In this document: positions 10,733 through 22,562 of the stretch, piece by piece | Layout of the letters: each line of letters opens with the position of its first letter | Position numbering within the stretch: position 1 is the stretch's first letter | Assembly (NCBI RefSeq): GCF_041146345.1 | Contig: NW_027191413.1 | Coordinates: 1,550,001 to 1,614,000 of the forward strand | Direction: 5' to 3' | Length of the DNA stretch: 64,000 bases | Source of the DNA: Neodothiora populina | Lineage: Eukaryota | Translations under genes and position numbers: made by a program | The notes under the pieces: generated by a model | Told to the model about the DNA's origin: nothing | The model's database searches: none | Seen by the model: only the letters and a program-made list of their open reading frames with translations

Positions 10733-12344
10733 CTAGTTGTACTGGGCATAAGCGGCGGTACTGTTGAACTTGAGGCCGCCTCTGATGACCTTTTCCACAG
10801 CGCTCAAAAAGTCCTTCTCGCTGGCAACCTTTCTCCTCGCTCGGATGGCGAACATGCCGGCCTCGGTGGCGACACTCCTGAGCTCGGCACCGGTCGAGTT
10901 CGGGCACAGTCTACTGATGAGCTCCCATCGGATGTCGCGCTCGACACTCATACTCTTGGCATGGATACGGAGAATGTTTGCGCGGCCCTCCATGTCGGGC
11001 AGCGAGAACTCGATCTTTCTGTCGATACGTCCGGGACGCATGAGGGCGGGGTCGAGGGTCGAAGGTCGGTTGGTGGCGAACATGACCTTGATGTTTCCTC
11101 TTGCGTCAAAACCGTCGAGCTGGGTGATGAGCTCGAGCATGGTTCTCTGGACCTCGTTGTCTCCTCCGGCACCGTCGTCGAAACGAGCTCCACCGACGGC
11201 ATCGATCTCGTCGAAGAAGATGATGCAAGCCTTCTTCGTCCTGGCCATCTCGAACAGCTCTCGCACCATGCGGGCACCCTCACCAACGTATTTTTGCACC
11301 AACTCTGATCCGATGACTCTGATGAATGTGGCGTCGGTTCTGTTGGCGACTGCTCGCGCGCAGAGCGTCTTACCGGTTCCTGGAGGGCCGTAGAGCAGAG
11401 CACCCTTGGGAGGGTCAATGCCGAGATTGACGAATCGTTCGGGTGACAGAAGGGGCATCTCGACAACTTCACGCAGCTTTTCGATCTGCTCCTTGCATCC
11501 ACCGACATCGCCATAGGTGACATCTGGCTTGTCTTCGACAGTCATCATGGTGACGGAAGGATCGATCTTTGGCGGTAGAGGAAGCATGATTTGATACTTG
11601 TTGCGGTCGACACTGCAGATGTGAGGTTAGCACCGAGACCAGGACAAAAGCAGATGGGAGTTGTTGGTAATGGTAGACTGTACGCACCCGACTCTCATGC
11701 CCTCCTCGATATCAGTGGGCGATACACGCTCGCCCAGGTTCACGACGAACTTTGCGATCTGCTTGACGTTGATGACATATTTGCTCTTGTCGGAATCCTT
11801 CTCGTCGGGAATGATCTTTGTACATCTGGCGACTTGTAGGGGTTGTTCCTCTTGCATGCGTTGTCGGTCGGCGGCGATATCCCACAGATGCGGAGGCGCT
11901 AGACCGGTGTCGGATTCCTATAGATAGGACGAGTGTCAGAAAGCGCAAGAAGACGATAAGCCTCGACACCAGGGCGGAGTGTACCTTGACACCTGTTCAT
12001 GATAAGTTAGCATGTATGTCCCTGAGCGCGCGGACTGGGCAACAAGTAAGCCGGGGACTTACCAATCTTCTCGTTCACACTAGTCTGCTTGTCTTTGATT
12101 TCTTTCTCGAGCTTCTTCAGCGCGGCGGCATAAGGAGCAGCGCCATATGTCTTCAACACTTGGATGTCCCTGTGAGGAGAATGGATGAATAAGCAAAGGG
12201 CCCAGTAGGTAGATGGTATGCTGCAGCAGTCAAAGTCGACGGTACTCACTCGTCAGAGAGAGGGGTGATCTTCTTCTCTTCTACCTCATCATCGGCGAAT
12301 TTCTTCTGGTATTTCTCCCAGTTCGAGCCCGTTGCGCTGGGCAT
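10733..12344 (-). CDS. RPT1: 26S proteasome AAA ATPase Rpt1 (regulatory subunit 7/PSMC2), spliced
   Basis: [12 protein letters not shown] start; [40 protein letters not shown]; Walker A GPPGTGKT; Walker [10 protein letters not shown]-terminus YAQYN. Includes an 8-nt microexon at 11985-11992. Confidence 0.97.
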
Positions 12345-12906
12345 TGTGGATTATGTGGATTGTCGAAGGTAGAGCGGCGAATGGGACGGCGATGACCAGA
12401 TGATGATAGCAGCGGATGGTGTTTCTCTCGTCCAGGCTGATACTGTATGGGACAGACAGATGATGCAAGAAGACTCGTGGTGGCTCAGGATGTTGATGAT
12501 GGTATTATGTCGGAGTCGATGATGGAGTGGTGATGGAGAAGCGATGGACAAGACAACAATAGAGGATTAGTATCGCTGTTGCTGCTGCACTCACTGTACT
12601 GTACTGTAGAGAGTACCTTAGCGTAGAGCTACGCCGGGAGACGTCAGAGCGCAGTCGAATCATGGTTTGCTGTGTTTGTCTTGCGGCATGACTCAATCGC
12701 CGCCTGCCGTCTCAGGCTTGTTTAGAGAGAGTAGTTAAGAATTTCGGAGAAGAGGCAGGTGCAGCTTAGAGAGCGCATTTGGCAAGGGGATCACATATAA
12801 TCATCCATCCATATCACAGATATTGTACTTGTTGTACAGCATAGAGTCCCTTACTTCCTTTGGTTCAAGAAGAGTCATCTTCTTACTTCGCATCTAATCC
12901 TCCAAG

Positions 12907-14796
12907 ATGGCGCAAGTAGCGCCTCCTGCCAGCAACGCTGGGAACAATGCCTTCAAGGTAGTTATATATTTCCCACCAGCTTGCATCATCGTCTCGGTCA
13001 CTAATGCCATGTACAGGACAAGGAGAAGCCCCAGGCTGTGCGAACAGCCAATATTGTGGCTGCTAGAGGTCTGTGACATTCAGCTGCATCTTTCATACCC
13101 ACCGTGTTCGTGCTGACCATGACCTCTCTTAGCTGTCGCCGATGCCATTCGAACGGTAATTCACCACGCTGCCACCGCCAACATGATAATCTTCGTCGAG
13201 CATGCGCGCTAATACCGTGAAAACAGTCGCTGGGACCCAGGGGTATGGATAAGATGATCCAGACGGGCAAGGGAGAGACCATCATCACAAACGACGGAAA
13301 CACCATGTTGAGAGACATGTCTGTCCTCCATCCTGCCGCCAAAATGCTTGTCGACCTCGCCAACGCCCAAGACATCGAAGCTGGAGACGGTACCACCTCA
13401 GTTGTTGTCATTGCTGGTAGCTTGTTGGGCGCTGCCGAGCGCCTTTTGGCCAAGGGTATCCACCCAACTGTCATCTCCGAGTCCTTCCAGCGCGCTGCAG
13501 AGAACGCCGTCGAGACTCTCCACTCAATATCAGTCCCCATCTCCCTCACCGACCGACAAACCCTCCTCAAGGCCGCTTCCACCTCGCTCTCCTCCAAGAT
13601 CGTTTCTCAAGAACCCAAGCTGGCTCCCATGGCTGTCGATTCCGTCCTCAAGATCATTGACCCCAAGGTCGCAGACAACGTCGACTTGAAGAACATCAGA
13701 ATGTTGAAGAAGGTCGGTGGTGTCATTGATGACAGCGAGATGGTCGATGGTCTCGTCCTCAGCCAGCAGGCAGTGAAGAGCGGTGGCGGTCCCACCAGGA
13801 TCGAGAAGGCTAGAATCGCTCTGATCCAGTTCCAACTCAGCCCTCCCAAACCCGACATGGAGAACCAGATCGTCGTCAACGATTACAGACAGATGGACAA
13901 GATCCTAAAGGAGGAGCGCACCTACTTGCTGAACATGGTCAAGAAGATCAAGAAGGCCAAGTGCAATGTTCTCTTCATTCAGAAATCCATCTTGCGCGAC
14001 GCCGTCAATGATCTTTCGCTCCACTTCCTCGCCAAGCTCGGTATCATGTGCGTCAAGGACATCGAGAGGGACGAGGTTGAATTCATCTGCAAGGTATGGC
14101 TATCATCTATCCACATCTACAAGGACACCGCTAATCATTTTCACTTCATAGAGCACCGGTTGCAAGCCCATCGCAGATGTCGACTCTTTCTCCGAGGACA
14201 AACTCGCCTCGGCAGATCTGGTCGAGGAGGTGTCCATCCTGGGCTCCCGCACCGTCAAGGTCACTGGCGTCAAGTCATTAACTCCCTCCAGCCCCAAGAC
14301 CGTCAGCATCATCGTCAGAGGTGCCAACCCCATGATTCTGGACGAGGCCGAGCGAAGTATCCACGATGCACAGTGTGTGCTCCGCTGCTTGGTCAAGAAG
14401 AAGGCTCTTCTCCCCGGTGGAGGTTCTCCCGAGATGGCTGTCTCCACCAAGCTTTCTCGCGACGCCCTTACATCCTCATACCCCGATAGCATATGCTTCA
14501 AGGCCTTTGCCGAGGCACTTGAAATCATCCCCATCACTTTGGCAGAGAACGCTGGTCTCAACTCGATCAAGGTCGTGACCGAACTCCGATCACGGCACGC
14601 AACCGGCGAGACCAACGTCGGCGTCAGTATCAAGCGCGGAGGTGTTGGTATCATGGGTGGAGAGGCAGGCGAGAAGACTATCGGCGAGGGCGAAGGTGTC
14701 ATGCAACCTCTTTTGGTCTCGACCAGCGCTATTGAGCTGGCCACCGAGACGGTCAGAATGATCCTCAGAATCGACGACATTGCCCTGAGCAGGTAA
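12907..14796 (+). CDS. CCT4: Chaperonin CCT/TRiC subunit delta, 4 introns
   Basis: [53 protein letters not shown]; delta-specific [32 protein letters not shown]; ends [11 protein letters not shown]. Confidence 0.97.
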
Positions 14797-17008
14797 ACGA
14801 ATAGAGGAGAAAGGGAAGTGGTACCTGAAGGTGTACAAAAATAGATGTTAGTGAAATGACCAAAGCCTACCTACCCTCGAATTACCGAGACTGCCCTAGA
14901 AAGGGGACACCAAGTGCATTCAGACCGAGCATCTTGCGCTTTGCATAACATAAGGCGAGCACAACTTGCTGCCTACGTGACAGGGACAAGATGGCAGGGT
15001 GCAATGTCCAAAAGTCCGGATATTACGAGCTTACGCCGTATTATTCCCAGTGAGCTCACATACAAATTCTTGTGGCGCTCTATGAGCTTCACGGCCTAAC
15101 GTTCTGGGGCAACGAGAAGAAGAGCTCGTATCTCGTCTCAAGATCCATGCATAAAACAGCGGCATACGTGCATCTCTTCTGACCTGCAGCCCTACCGGCT
15201 AGATACTCTTGATGGCATGTTGCTTGCAGGGAAGAAAAACAGTCGCCACCAGTGTCTGTTTCCAAGACAGTACACAACGCGGAATGCACTGTAGCCATGG
15301 AACTGGTTTATGCACTGTGCACACTCGGATTGTGCTGCCACGCCGACAGACTTATGCTTTTCCTTTGTTCCTGGCACTGAGGTTTTATCAGGTCGGGGTA
15401 AAAGGTATGGGGCAAGCTGGAGACAAGCCAGAAACGGCGGGCACCAACGGACACTCGCATGCCGAGAACTGTCTCCGCTCAGCTTTTGTGGGCAACCCCG
15501 GGACAAACGCTTTTTCGATGTGAGTATGACGTGTTTCTTCGTGATGAAGGCAATAATGCCCGGGCTGCAGTGGGATAATGCGGTATCTGGTCAACGGCCG
15601 TCGCCCTCGAAGTCACACACTGTCGTTTTCGCAAGATAATCAAATGTATGGTAGCAAGTCCTAGGTGAATACGGTAGATTCGCAAGTGGGAGGACATGCA
15701 TAGACCAGCAGAGGTCGGTATTAAATGTTTCGCTGTCCGAGTCTGTCCAGAACACACCCTTGCACATGCGTTTTCTGTTTTCTTAGCTTGATGTACCATC
15801 TTTTATAAAGCTCGTCCGGATGCGGCATCCGCGGGGGTGTGGTGCACAGGCACGCTGCCCTGTGCCCTTTTGGCTCAGGCGAGCGAGGGTGTGTACTAGG
15901 TACTGTAAGGTCAGGTAAGCGCGAGGTGGGTAAGCACGGAGTGGAAACAGATGTACTGTAATTACTCGTTTCAGCGAGATTCATAGCGGTGAATAATAAC
16001 CGTAAGGTACCTTGTTCTTGCTTGTGCTCTACCTTTACCAGTACCATAAGTGATCTCGAGGTTTCCTGCTCTTTCTTTATCAATCTATATTATTGGCGCC
16101 CTCGTTGCCATTGAGATGTTCTTTTGTCGACAGCCGAAGTAGCACAGATCCCAACCCCCTTTCCCTTTCTGCTCTCCTCTGCTCGCGTTCACATGATCTC
16201 GTGAAAACAGAGTCGGCGGTGTGAAGCGAATGTTCTGGCCTACAGTCCACAACGCTCCCGGATATCTGGATGCAAAGCGATAAGCACGACACGACAAAAC
16301 TACTAGTAGTACTCGAACGTGCCCGCCCCTCCATCAGCATCGAGGATCCCGCGTCAGGTCTTGATCTTGATAGCCGATTTTCCTGATCTCAGGGTCTCCA
16401 ATTGTGTCCATAGACAATTTACTGTTTCCACCGTTAGGTGTGGCATACTGGGTCCAAGAAAGAAGGAAGGGGGTTTACCTCGAGCTATCTTTAAACTTCG
16501 GACGCTTTCTGGCTTCAGTATACGGTGGTGACTCGCCTCATCAGCCTCTAACACACCACCTCACCACTTCTCTACCACCTTATACCACCAGATCGATCCA
16601 CCACATCCTTCTCCGCTGCTATATCGTAAATCTCTGCAGTCGCACTCACTTCCAATTTCTGCCGACATCTCGCTGAGACACACTTCCCAAGCATACAATT
16701 CCAATTCCATCCGGACAACCGTCTTACGTCACAATTTCGCATTCGGTGTCTGCTTTTTGTTGCCCGTCGAGTCTTTCAGATATTGATCCATCTCGTCCGA
16801 TCGATAGTGCGACAAGGACATTGACCGCGAAGACTTGAAGAATCCAAATTGTCTCTCCGGCTCGGCTCAAGTCGTCCGGCCCCTTTGCATGGTACATATG
16901 CTGCATCACTGCCTCGCACGAGCACACGACAACACAGAAGACTGAGCCCATGAATATCTAGTATTTTCACCCACCACCGTTGCACACATCACTGTGCCAC
17001 CACACGAC

Positions 17009-19069
17009 ATGCCCTCAGAGGCCCCTGCCAGACGCTTTGACCCAATTCCCACCGAGACATCCTCCAGATCCAACCGAAGCCCTCCTGCCGACGACGCAAA
17101 GATGCCCCAGCCAGCGCCCAGGAAGTTCGCCGTTGAACCGGTAGAGACTTCAAAGAACAGCAACAGAGGTTCTACATCATCCTCAAGTCGAGCGCCGAGG
17201 AAGTTCTCTGCTCAGCCATTCGAGACGACAGCCGCCTGCAGTACTAAGGCTCCAGGCTCCTCTAAGAACACCAAATCCAGGCTCAACCCCAAGCCTTTCG
17301 AAACATCCACATCCAGCAATAGGAAAACCCTTACCACCGAAGCATCGCCTTCATCAGACTCTGCTCTTGCGGAAAAGCCTGCACGGCGGAGGTTTACACC
17401 TGAATTGATTGCCACTTCCCAACGCTCGCGCAAGCCAGTGGAAGCGGCTCCTACTTTTTCAGACGAGCACAAGACCGATTTCACACCCAATATAGTCAGG
17501 CCCTCGTACAACAACTCTGGCCAGCAGGTTGCTCCAATCGCTGTGCCTCCGAAAGCTCATGACATGGCCAGTCGCATATTGCGACCATTCGAGCGTCGCA
17601 ACGAGCGAACGCTTTCGCAAGGTAGTGGCCGCAGCCACAGCTTCCGTATGCCTGACCTGGAAACGATTGAGAGCTCGGAGAGTGAGGAGCGTAGCAATCC
17701 ACCGAGTATTTCCTCGAGTCCCTCCCAAGATGGCTCACCCTTGACCACTTCGGACAGCGCCATGTCTGAGATGTATAAACACGCTACTAGGATCCGTGAG
17801 AGCGTCGATGAGAGTGTTGCCAACTACATGCTCATGATCGAAGCCAAAAGGGCGGAAGAGAAACTCCGAGAGCAGGCGCTGGCCGCCTTTCCCAACTCAG
17901 ATTTTCACGAACCGGTTGCGCATTACGTTGCAGATGTGGAATCCGACAGCGACTCGATGGAGATTGACGATCGGCCCGCCACCTGGGACGGACACGATGA
18001 GGACGATTACATTCCCGCACGACGCACTTCAACTCATGGCAATTGGGAGTTGCAGGAAATGCGTGCTCATCACGAGCGACGCGAGCAAGAGCGCAATGCG
18101 GCGAGCACGACGGCGAGAAGGACCTCTACAACAACAAAGTCGCCTTGGTGGACCCCTGGCGTTGAGGACTATGTCGTGGCAAGTCAGAATGATCCCGAAA
18201 TGAGGAAAATGCGCGACCAAGCGCGTCCCCCGATGCTCGGTGCTGACATCCGCTTCCCTCGATCTGCTTCGCCCGAACCCGCTCGTTTTGATGTCACCCA
18301 GGGATCACAAAGGCTCCGACATCAGATGTGTTACCTTAGCGAACAGTCTGACTCGCAAAATGATGCGGACGGTTTGTGGGGTGCGCAACTACACAAAACA
18401 TCCACCAGAGGGAGTGCCCAAGCCTCGACCCATTCTCAGGGACAGGGACTGTGGGGAGGATTCTGTGTTGACGAACACAAAGACCAGCCCAATGGGCTAA
18501 ATCCACACATGCAACAGCTCCAGACAGGGCTGATGACACCGGCTGTCGAGTCAGGCAATCCCTTTGAGCGTATGCACCATCCCAGCGATATCCAAGCACC
18601 GGTACCGGTACCTCCAAGCATTGTGCTACCTTTAAGCCCTTCGGAAAGCGACTCGATCAACATTGACAGCGTGCTGAAGACGGAGAAGGACCTCGATGAT
18701 CTCATGGCAAGCGACTATCCAGACACGTTCGTCACGCAAGTATATAATTACCTCTCCCTCGGCTATCCTACACTCGCTCGTCCTTTCGACGAAGAGCTTG
18801 CAAAAATTAGCGGTGTTCCCATATCGGAGCTACGCCACGATGATGACATTGCGAAGAGCATGCCTAAGGGGTACATTCGATTGGGCGATGACTTTGAAGG
18901 ACGAGGGGATGGGATTGATCAAGAACTACAATCGGGCGGATGTGCGCGTTGGAAAGCACTGAAGCTATATATCCGGGAGTGGGCGAGACAGGAGAAAAAC
19001 ATGGTCAGAAAGGAGAGCATTGGTGACAACTGGGGTACTGGTGCAAGGCGAGGCAGTTGGGCATTCTAG
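17009..19069 (+). CDS. Intronless conserved-looking fungal protein of unknown function (about 686 aa)
   Basis: Long ORF with first ATG at 17009. Disordered N-terminus with repeated R[RK]Fx(P)EPxETS motifs; ordered-looking C-terminal block FVTQVYNYLSLGYPTLARPFDEELAKIS...CARWKALKLYIREWARQ...WGTGARRGSWAF. Confidence 0.85.
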   Translation: MPSEAPARRFDPIPTETSSRSNRSPPADDAKMPQPAPRKFAVEPVETSKNSNRGSTSSSSRAPRKFSAQPFETTAACSTKAPGSSKNTKSRLNPKPFETSTSSNRKTLTTEASPSSDSALAEKPARRRFTPELIATSQRSRKPVEAAPTFSDEHKTDFTPNIVRPSYNNSGQQVAPIAVPPKAHDMASRILRPFERRNERTLSQGSGRSHSFRMPDLETIESSESEERSNPPSISSSPSQDGSPLTTSDSAMSEMYKHATRIRESVDESVANYMLMIEAKRAEEKLREQALAAFPNSDFHEPVAHYVADVESDSDSMEIDDRPATWDGHDEDDYIPARRTSTHGNWELQEMRAHHERREQERNAASTTARRTSTTTKSPWWTPGVEDYVVASQNDPEMRKMRDQARPPMLGADIRFPRSASPEPARFDVTQGSQRLRHQMCYLSEQSDSQNDADGLWGAQLHKTSTRGSAQASTHSQGQGLWGGFCVDEHKDQPNGLNPHMQQLQTGLMTPAVESGNPFERMHHPSDIQAPVPVPPSIVLPLSPSESDSINIDSVLKTEKDLDDLMASDYPDTFVTQVYNYLSLGYPTLARPFDEELAKISGVPISELRHDDDIAKSMPKGYIRLGDDFEGRGDGIDQELQSGGCARWKALKLYIREWARQEKNMVRKESIGDNWGTGARRGSWAF

Positions 19070-20260
19070 ACCATTCCGTTCGTTCCTACCAGGAAGATCA
19101 GCCATTTCGGAGGCCAAACAGCATACTTCGAGAGAGAGAGGCCGTTGTTGGATATGTGTGCGGTAGGGAGAGAAGAGAATAGGGAATGCGACGAGGGCGT
19201 TTTCATACCAAAAAAACATCCTCATGGTCGTTAGAGATCATCAGAGCATTGATCAACAACAGGGTATTTATCATGGCGGAGAAATACTGTGTGAGGAGAG
19301 GGAGAAAAGAGGGAAGAGGGAAGTTGAGATTATCATCATCACGAGTACGACAGCTCTCTTTTGTTAATTACTCTTCATGGGACTCGGAGTTAACATAGGC
19401 GTACACACATTCACGCGAGACATGGGGGAAGGGATGGGTTGTGCAAAAGAGAGAAAACCCACCGTTGTCTTTTGCTTTATTTGTTATCAAGTCCATCTAT
19501 CTTTTGCACCCTTTTTCTCTTTACATGTCATTCTTGGAGGGAGAATGTGGTCCCCTTTTTTTTCTTTTTCGAGAACAAATTCCTTAGATGACGAATCGAT
19601 ATCACAACTACACCAAACCTAGTAGATGCAGTCCTCTGCACGTCTCGCATCTCCCTGACGAATCACGGCTGATCGATCTTTTGCGAGGGGTGTATCTGTC
19701 ATTTTGTAACACTTGTCTGACGAACGAAAAGGTGAGAGTAGGATATCCATCGTGGTGTGAGATTCGTATATGCTTCTGTGCTTCTACCCTTCCCCCCTGG
19801 ACGCTCACTATAGAGTCTACCTGTGCGTTTCCCTTCTGCGTCTCGATATGCTATCTTTGTGCACTTTCATTCCTTATCTTGCCCCCCACCCTCGGATATC
19901 TCAACTGTGGCTTGGTTCGGATGCGATTCTTTCACTCGCGGCACGAGATCTACTGCTGTCTATCTTGTCGCGTAACCGATACAAGCCAGTAGATGGGAGT
20001 GCTACAGGTCAAGTTTCAACCGAGACAAGGGGGTCATAAGCAGGACAGCATGTTCGTCTCTGCGCAGAGGACGATATGGATCGCCTCCTTTCGGGGCTCA
20101 CCATTTAGACTTCGGTGTAATCTGGACCTGCGAACGGTCTGCCGAGTGGTTGACTGTAATCGCAGCGGTCACGGTGGAAGTGACAGCGCGGGTGTGCGCA
20201 TGGTCCTCTTCGGCATGGGTTCTTGAGCTTCCTTCTGCTCTTTGCCCCCGGGAGAGCGCC

Positions 20261-21023
20261 TCACTTGTTGTGGATGAGGAAGTTCCTGAAAGAGTCCCAT
20301 TTATCGGCATTCTCATATCTAGGTTTGGTTGTCAGCGGACTGAAGTTGTTGATGACGAGGGAAGAGAAGATGAATAACTCACATGTAAACCATGCTGCTC
20401 TTCATGCTCGGCTGCAGCATGTCGGGATACCACCTGAACATCCACATGACGCCGGCCCAACTGAGACTGGCAAACACAGGCCACGACCCCTTCCTGATAC
20501 TCTCTCTCGCCTCGACCGACAAGCCAAGCGCATCCCCCAAGAACCCCGACCCGCCTCTGCCACCGTACTTGGCACCCACAAGGGTATTGTCTCCCGGCGG
20601 CTGGAACGCCAGCTGAGCGACGCCGAGTATCACTCTCGCAAAGACATAGATGACGATCTGCTGGCTGACACTACTCTTGTATCTCCCAAAGACATAGTAC
20701 CCGCCCAGCAGGCCGGCGAGGAAAGAGTCTGCTCCTCGTTCTCTTCCTTGGGCCGTCGATAGCGCCAACATGGTGCCTTTGTAGATTAGAGCGAACATTG
20801 CCAGATTTCGCGCGTGCAGTCTGGTGGCTTTGAAGATCAGGCGGAATTTCTCTTGCAGCGTGCCCGATCGGAAGAGAAAGATCATGACGAGGGCATGGGG
20901 AAAGCGGACTTTGGTGCCGTAGACCAAGCCATTGCGGACGGCTTTGACAAGTGTCAAGGGAGCATGGTATTTGGGGTCGAGAATCATCCTCTCCAGCGCT
21001 GCCTGTAATCCTGAGACGTCCAT
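20261..21023 (-). CDS. PXMP4: Peroxisomal membrane protein 4 (PXMP4/PMP24, Tim17 family), 1 intron
   Basis: KAVRNGLVYGTKVRFPHALVMIFLFR; HARNLA; DSFLAGLLGGYYVFG; QQIVIYVFARV; WPVFASLSWAGVMWMF; LQPSMKSSMVYIY. Last exon IYENADKWDSFRNFLIHNK*. Confidence 0.93.
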
Positions 21024-21734
21024 GTTTGTATAGCCGATCTGGATTTGCCTGGCAGAAGAATATAGTATTCTATACTTTTTGAAATATCAAAGTTGAGGGG
21101 AGGTTATCGACGCAGAAACGATGGACAAGAATGGAAACCAACAAAGAAGCAGCTCTTGACTTTCTCCCACGAATTGTTTGTTTCCACTGTGTAAGAAACA
21201 GTCTCGAACAGAGCAGGCCAGGAGGTTAAAGAAGACGTTCTGGTATCTGCATCTGCGAATACAAATATGCATGTGATGCTTACCACCTGCACCCGCAAGG
21301 TGTAGTGCAACGACTATTGTGCCTCGGCTCCGGTAATTAAGTTTACTATGTAACCTTAACTCCTCTCTTTTCCCCAGGCCTCGGGAAGGGAACAACGCTG
21401 CACCTGCTTGCCTTACCGATGCCGTGGGATGCAACAACGTCATTTGCAGTGTGAAGGAACATGTGCACAGACCTAAGCTTTGAGTTTCTGCTTACCACCC
21501 CTCGAGCTCGAGTTCAACTGCATCTCGTCTACCTTACACATACATTGCTCCATTTTGTAGACCATTATACTCTGTGGTGCTGGTACGAAGCCAGCTCCGG
21601 ATTGCGTATCATTAAAAATCAATCTGTACCTATACTGACAACATGTACAAGAAGGTAGTACGCGTTACAATCCAAACTAAAGCAGACCAAGTCAGCCTCC
21701 TAACACCATGCGAATTCCAAATCATAAATCGCTT

Positions 21735-21858
21735 CATCATTGTAACCAAGGGTACCCAGCTGTGAAAGGTACCTGCTCGGAGTAGTCGCTAAATCATCGT
21801 TACCCAAAAGTACCCAGATGTGAAAGGTACCAGCTCGGAATCGTCGCCAAATAATCGT
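21735..21858. repeat. Imperfect tandem duplication, period 58 bp, about 2 copies
   Basis: GTACCCAGCTGTGAAAGGTACCTGCTCGGAGTAGTCGCTAAATCATCGT at 21752 versus GTACCCAGATGTGAAAGGTACCAGCTCGGAATCGTCGCCAAATAATCGT at 21810. Confidence 0.85.
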
Positions 21859-21919
21859 ATAACCTCATGATGGTTCATAGCTTCGTGAACGCCGATGAAA
21901 TTCATCGGTAGGAAAACCC

Positions 21920-22562
21920 TCAAACGTCCCTGTCCCCTTGACCACATCTGCCGCTCATACAGCTGCCACTCATATAGCTACCACTCATGTAGTTACCGCT
22001 CATATAGCTACCACGGCGTTCGTCCATGGGACTGCAGCCCGAAGGTGTATAGCTACCCTCGCTAGTGGTCATCATCTCTGGCCAGTCACCCATGTGCTCG
22101 AACATGCCAGGATGTGCTGGGCTGGGAGCTTGCTTCGAGAGGCCCTGAGATGCGAGACTGCCCGTGCTCAGACTCATCTCGCGGTCGCCGGCTTCGACAA
22201 ACATCGAGCCCGAACTGCCAGAGTCTCTCCTGCTTTCGGTCGTCCTTTCCTCGTCGTCACAGCAGTTTGCATGTGACATTGGTGGGTGGTGAACAAACAG
22301 CCAGCTGCTCGAGTGGGTGTGTCTCTCATTGATGCTTTCGACTCCTTCCTGGCCACTGATCGAGTCATCGTTGGACGATGTTATTGACACGGCGTCGTCT
22401 TCGTCTGGACTCTCCATGTTCGGATCGATGCTATCGTTGCGGCGAGAACATCCACAATTATGGCATCTGCACACACCGGGCTTGAAGGTAGGACGATCGA
22501 CCGGCAACGACGACGTGTCGAGTGCGGTCTGAATGGATGGAGTCTCTGCGGTTGCCCCCATC
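21920..22562 (-). CDS. Hypothetical Ser-rich protein (start uncertain: 22591, 22562 or 22417)
   Basis: ORF of more than 200 codons with RRDS/RRGS sites and a C-terminal 15-bp repeat encoding (SYMSG)-like units x4. TATA-like TATATATA at about 22575-22584. No family recognised. Confidence 0.4.

Noticed and set aside
10559..11393. Long + strand ORFs over RPT1, and similar antisense ORFs over MDH, CCT4, NNR2 (57268-58224) and TUP1
   Set aside because: Antisense shadows of codon-biased conserved genes with no independent motifs.
14900..15700. Scattered splice-like signals and a GTGATGA C-box-like motif in the CCT4 downstream gap
   Set aside because: I could not build a coherent gene model, or find a D box with a terminal stem.
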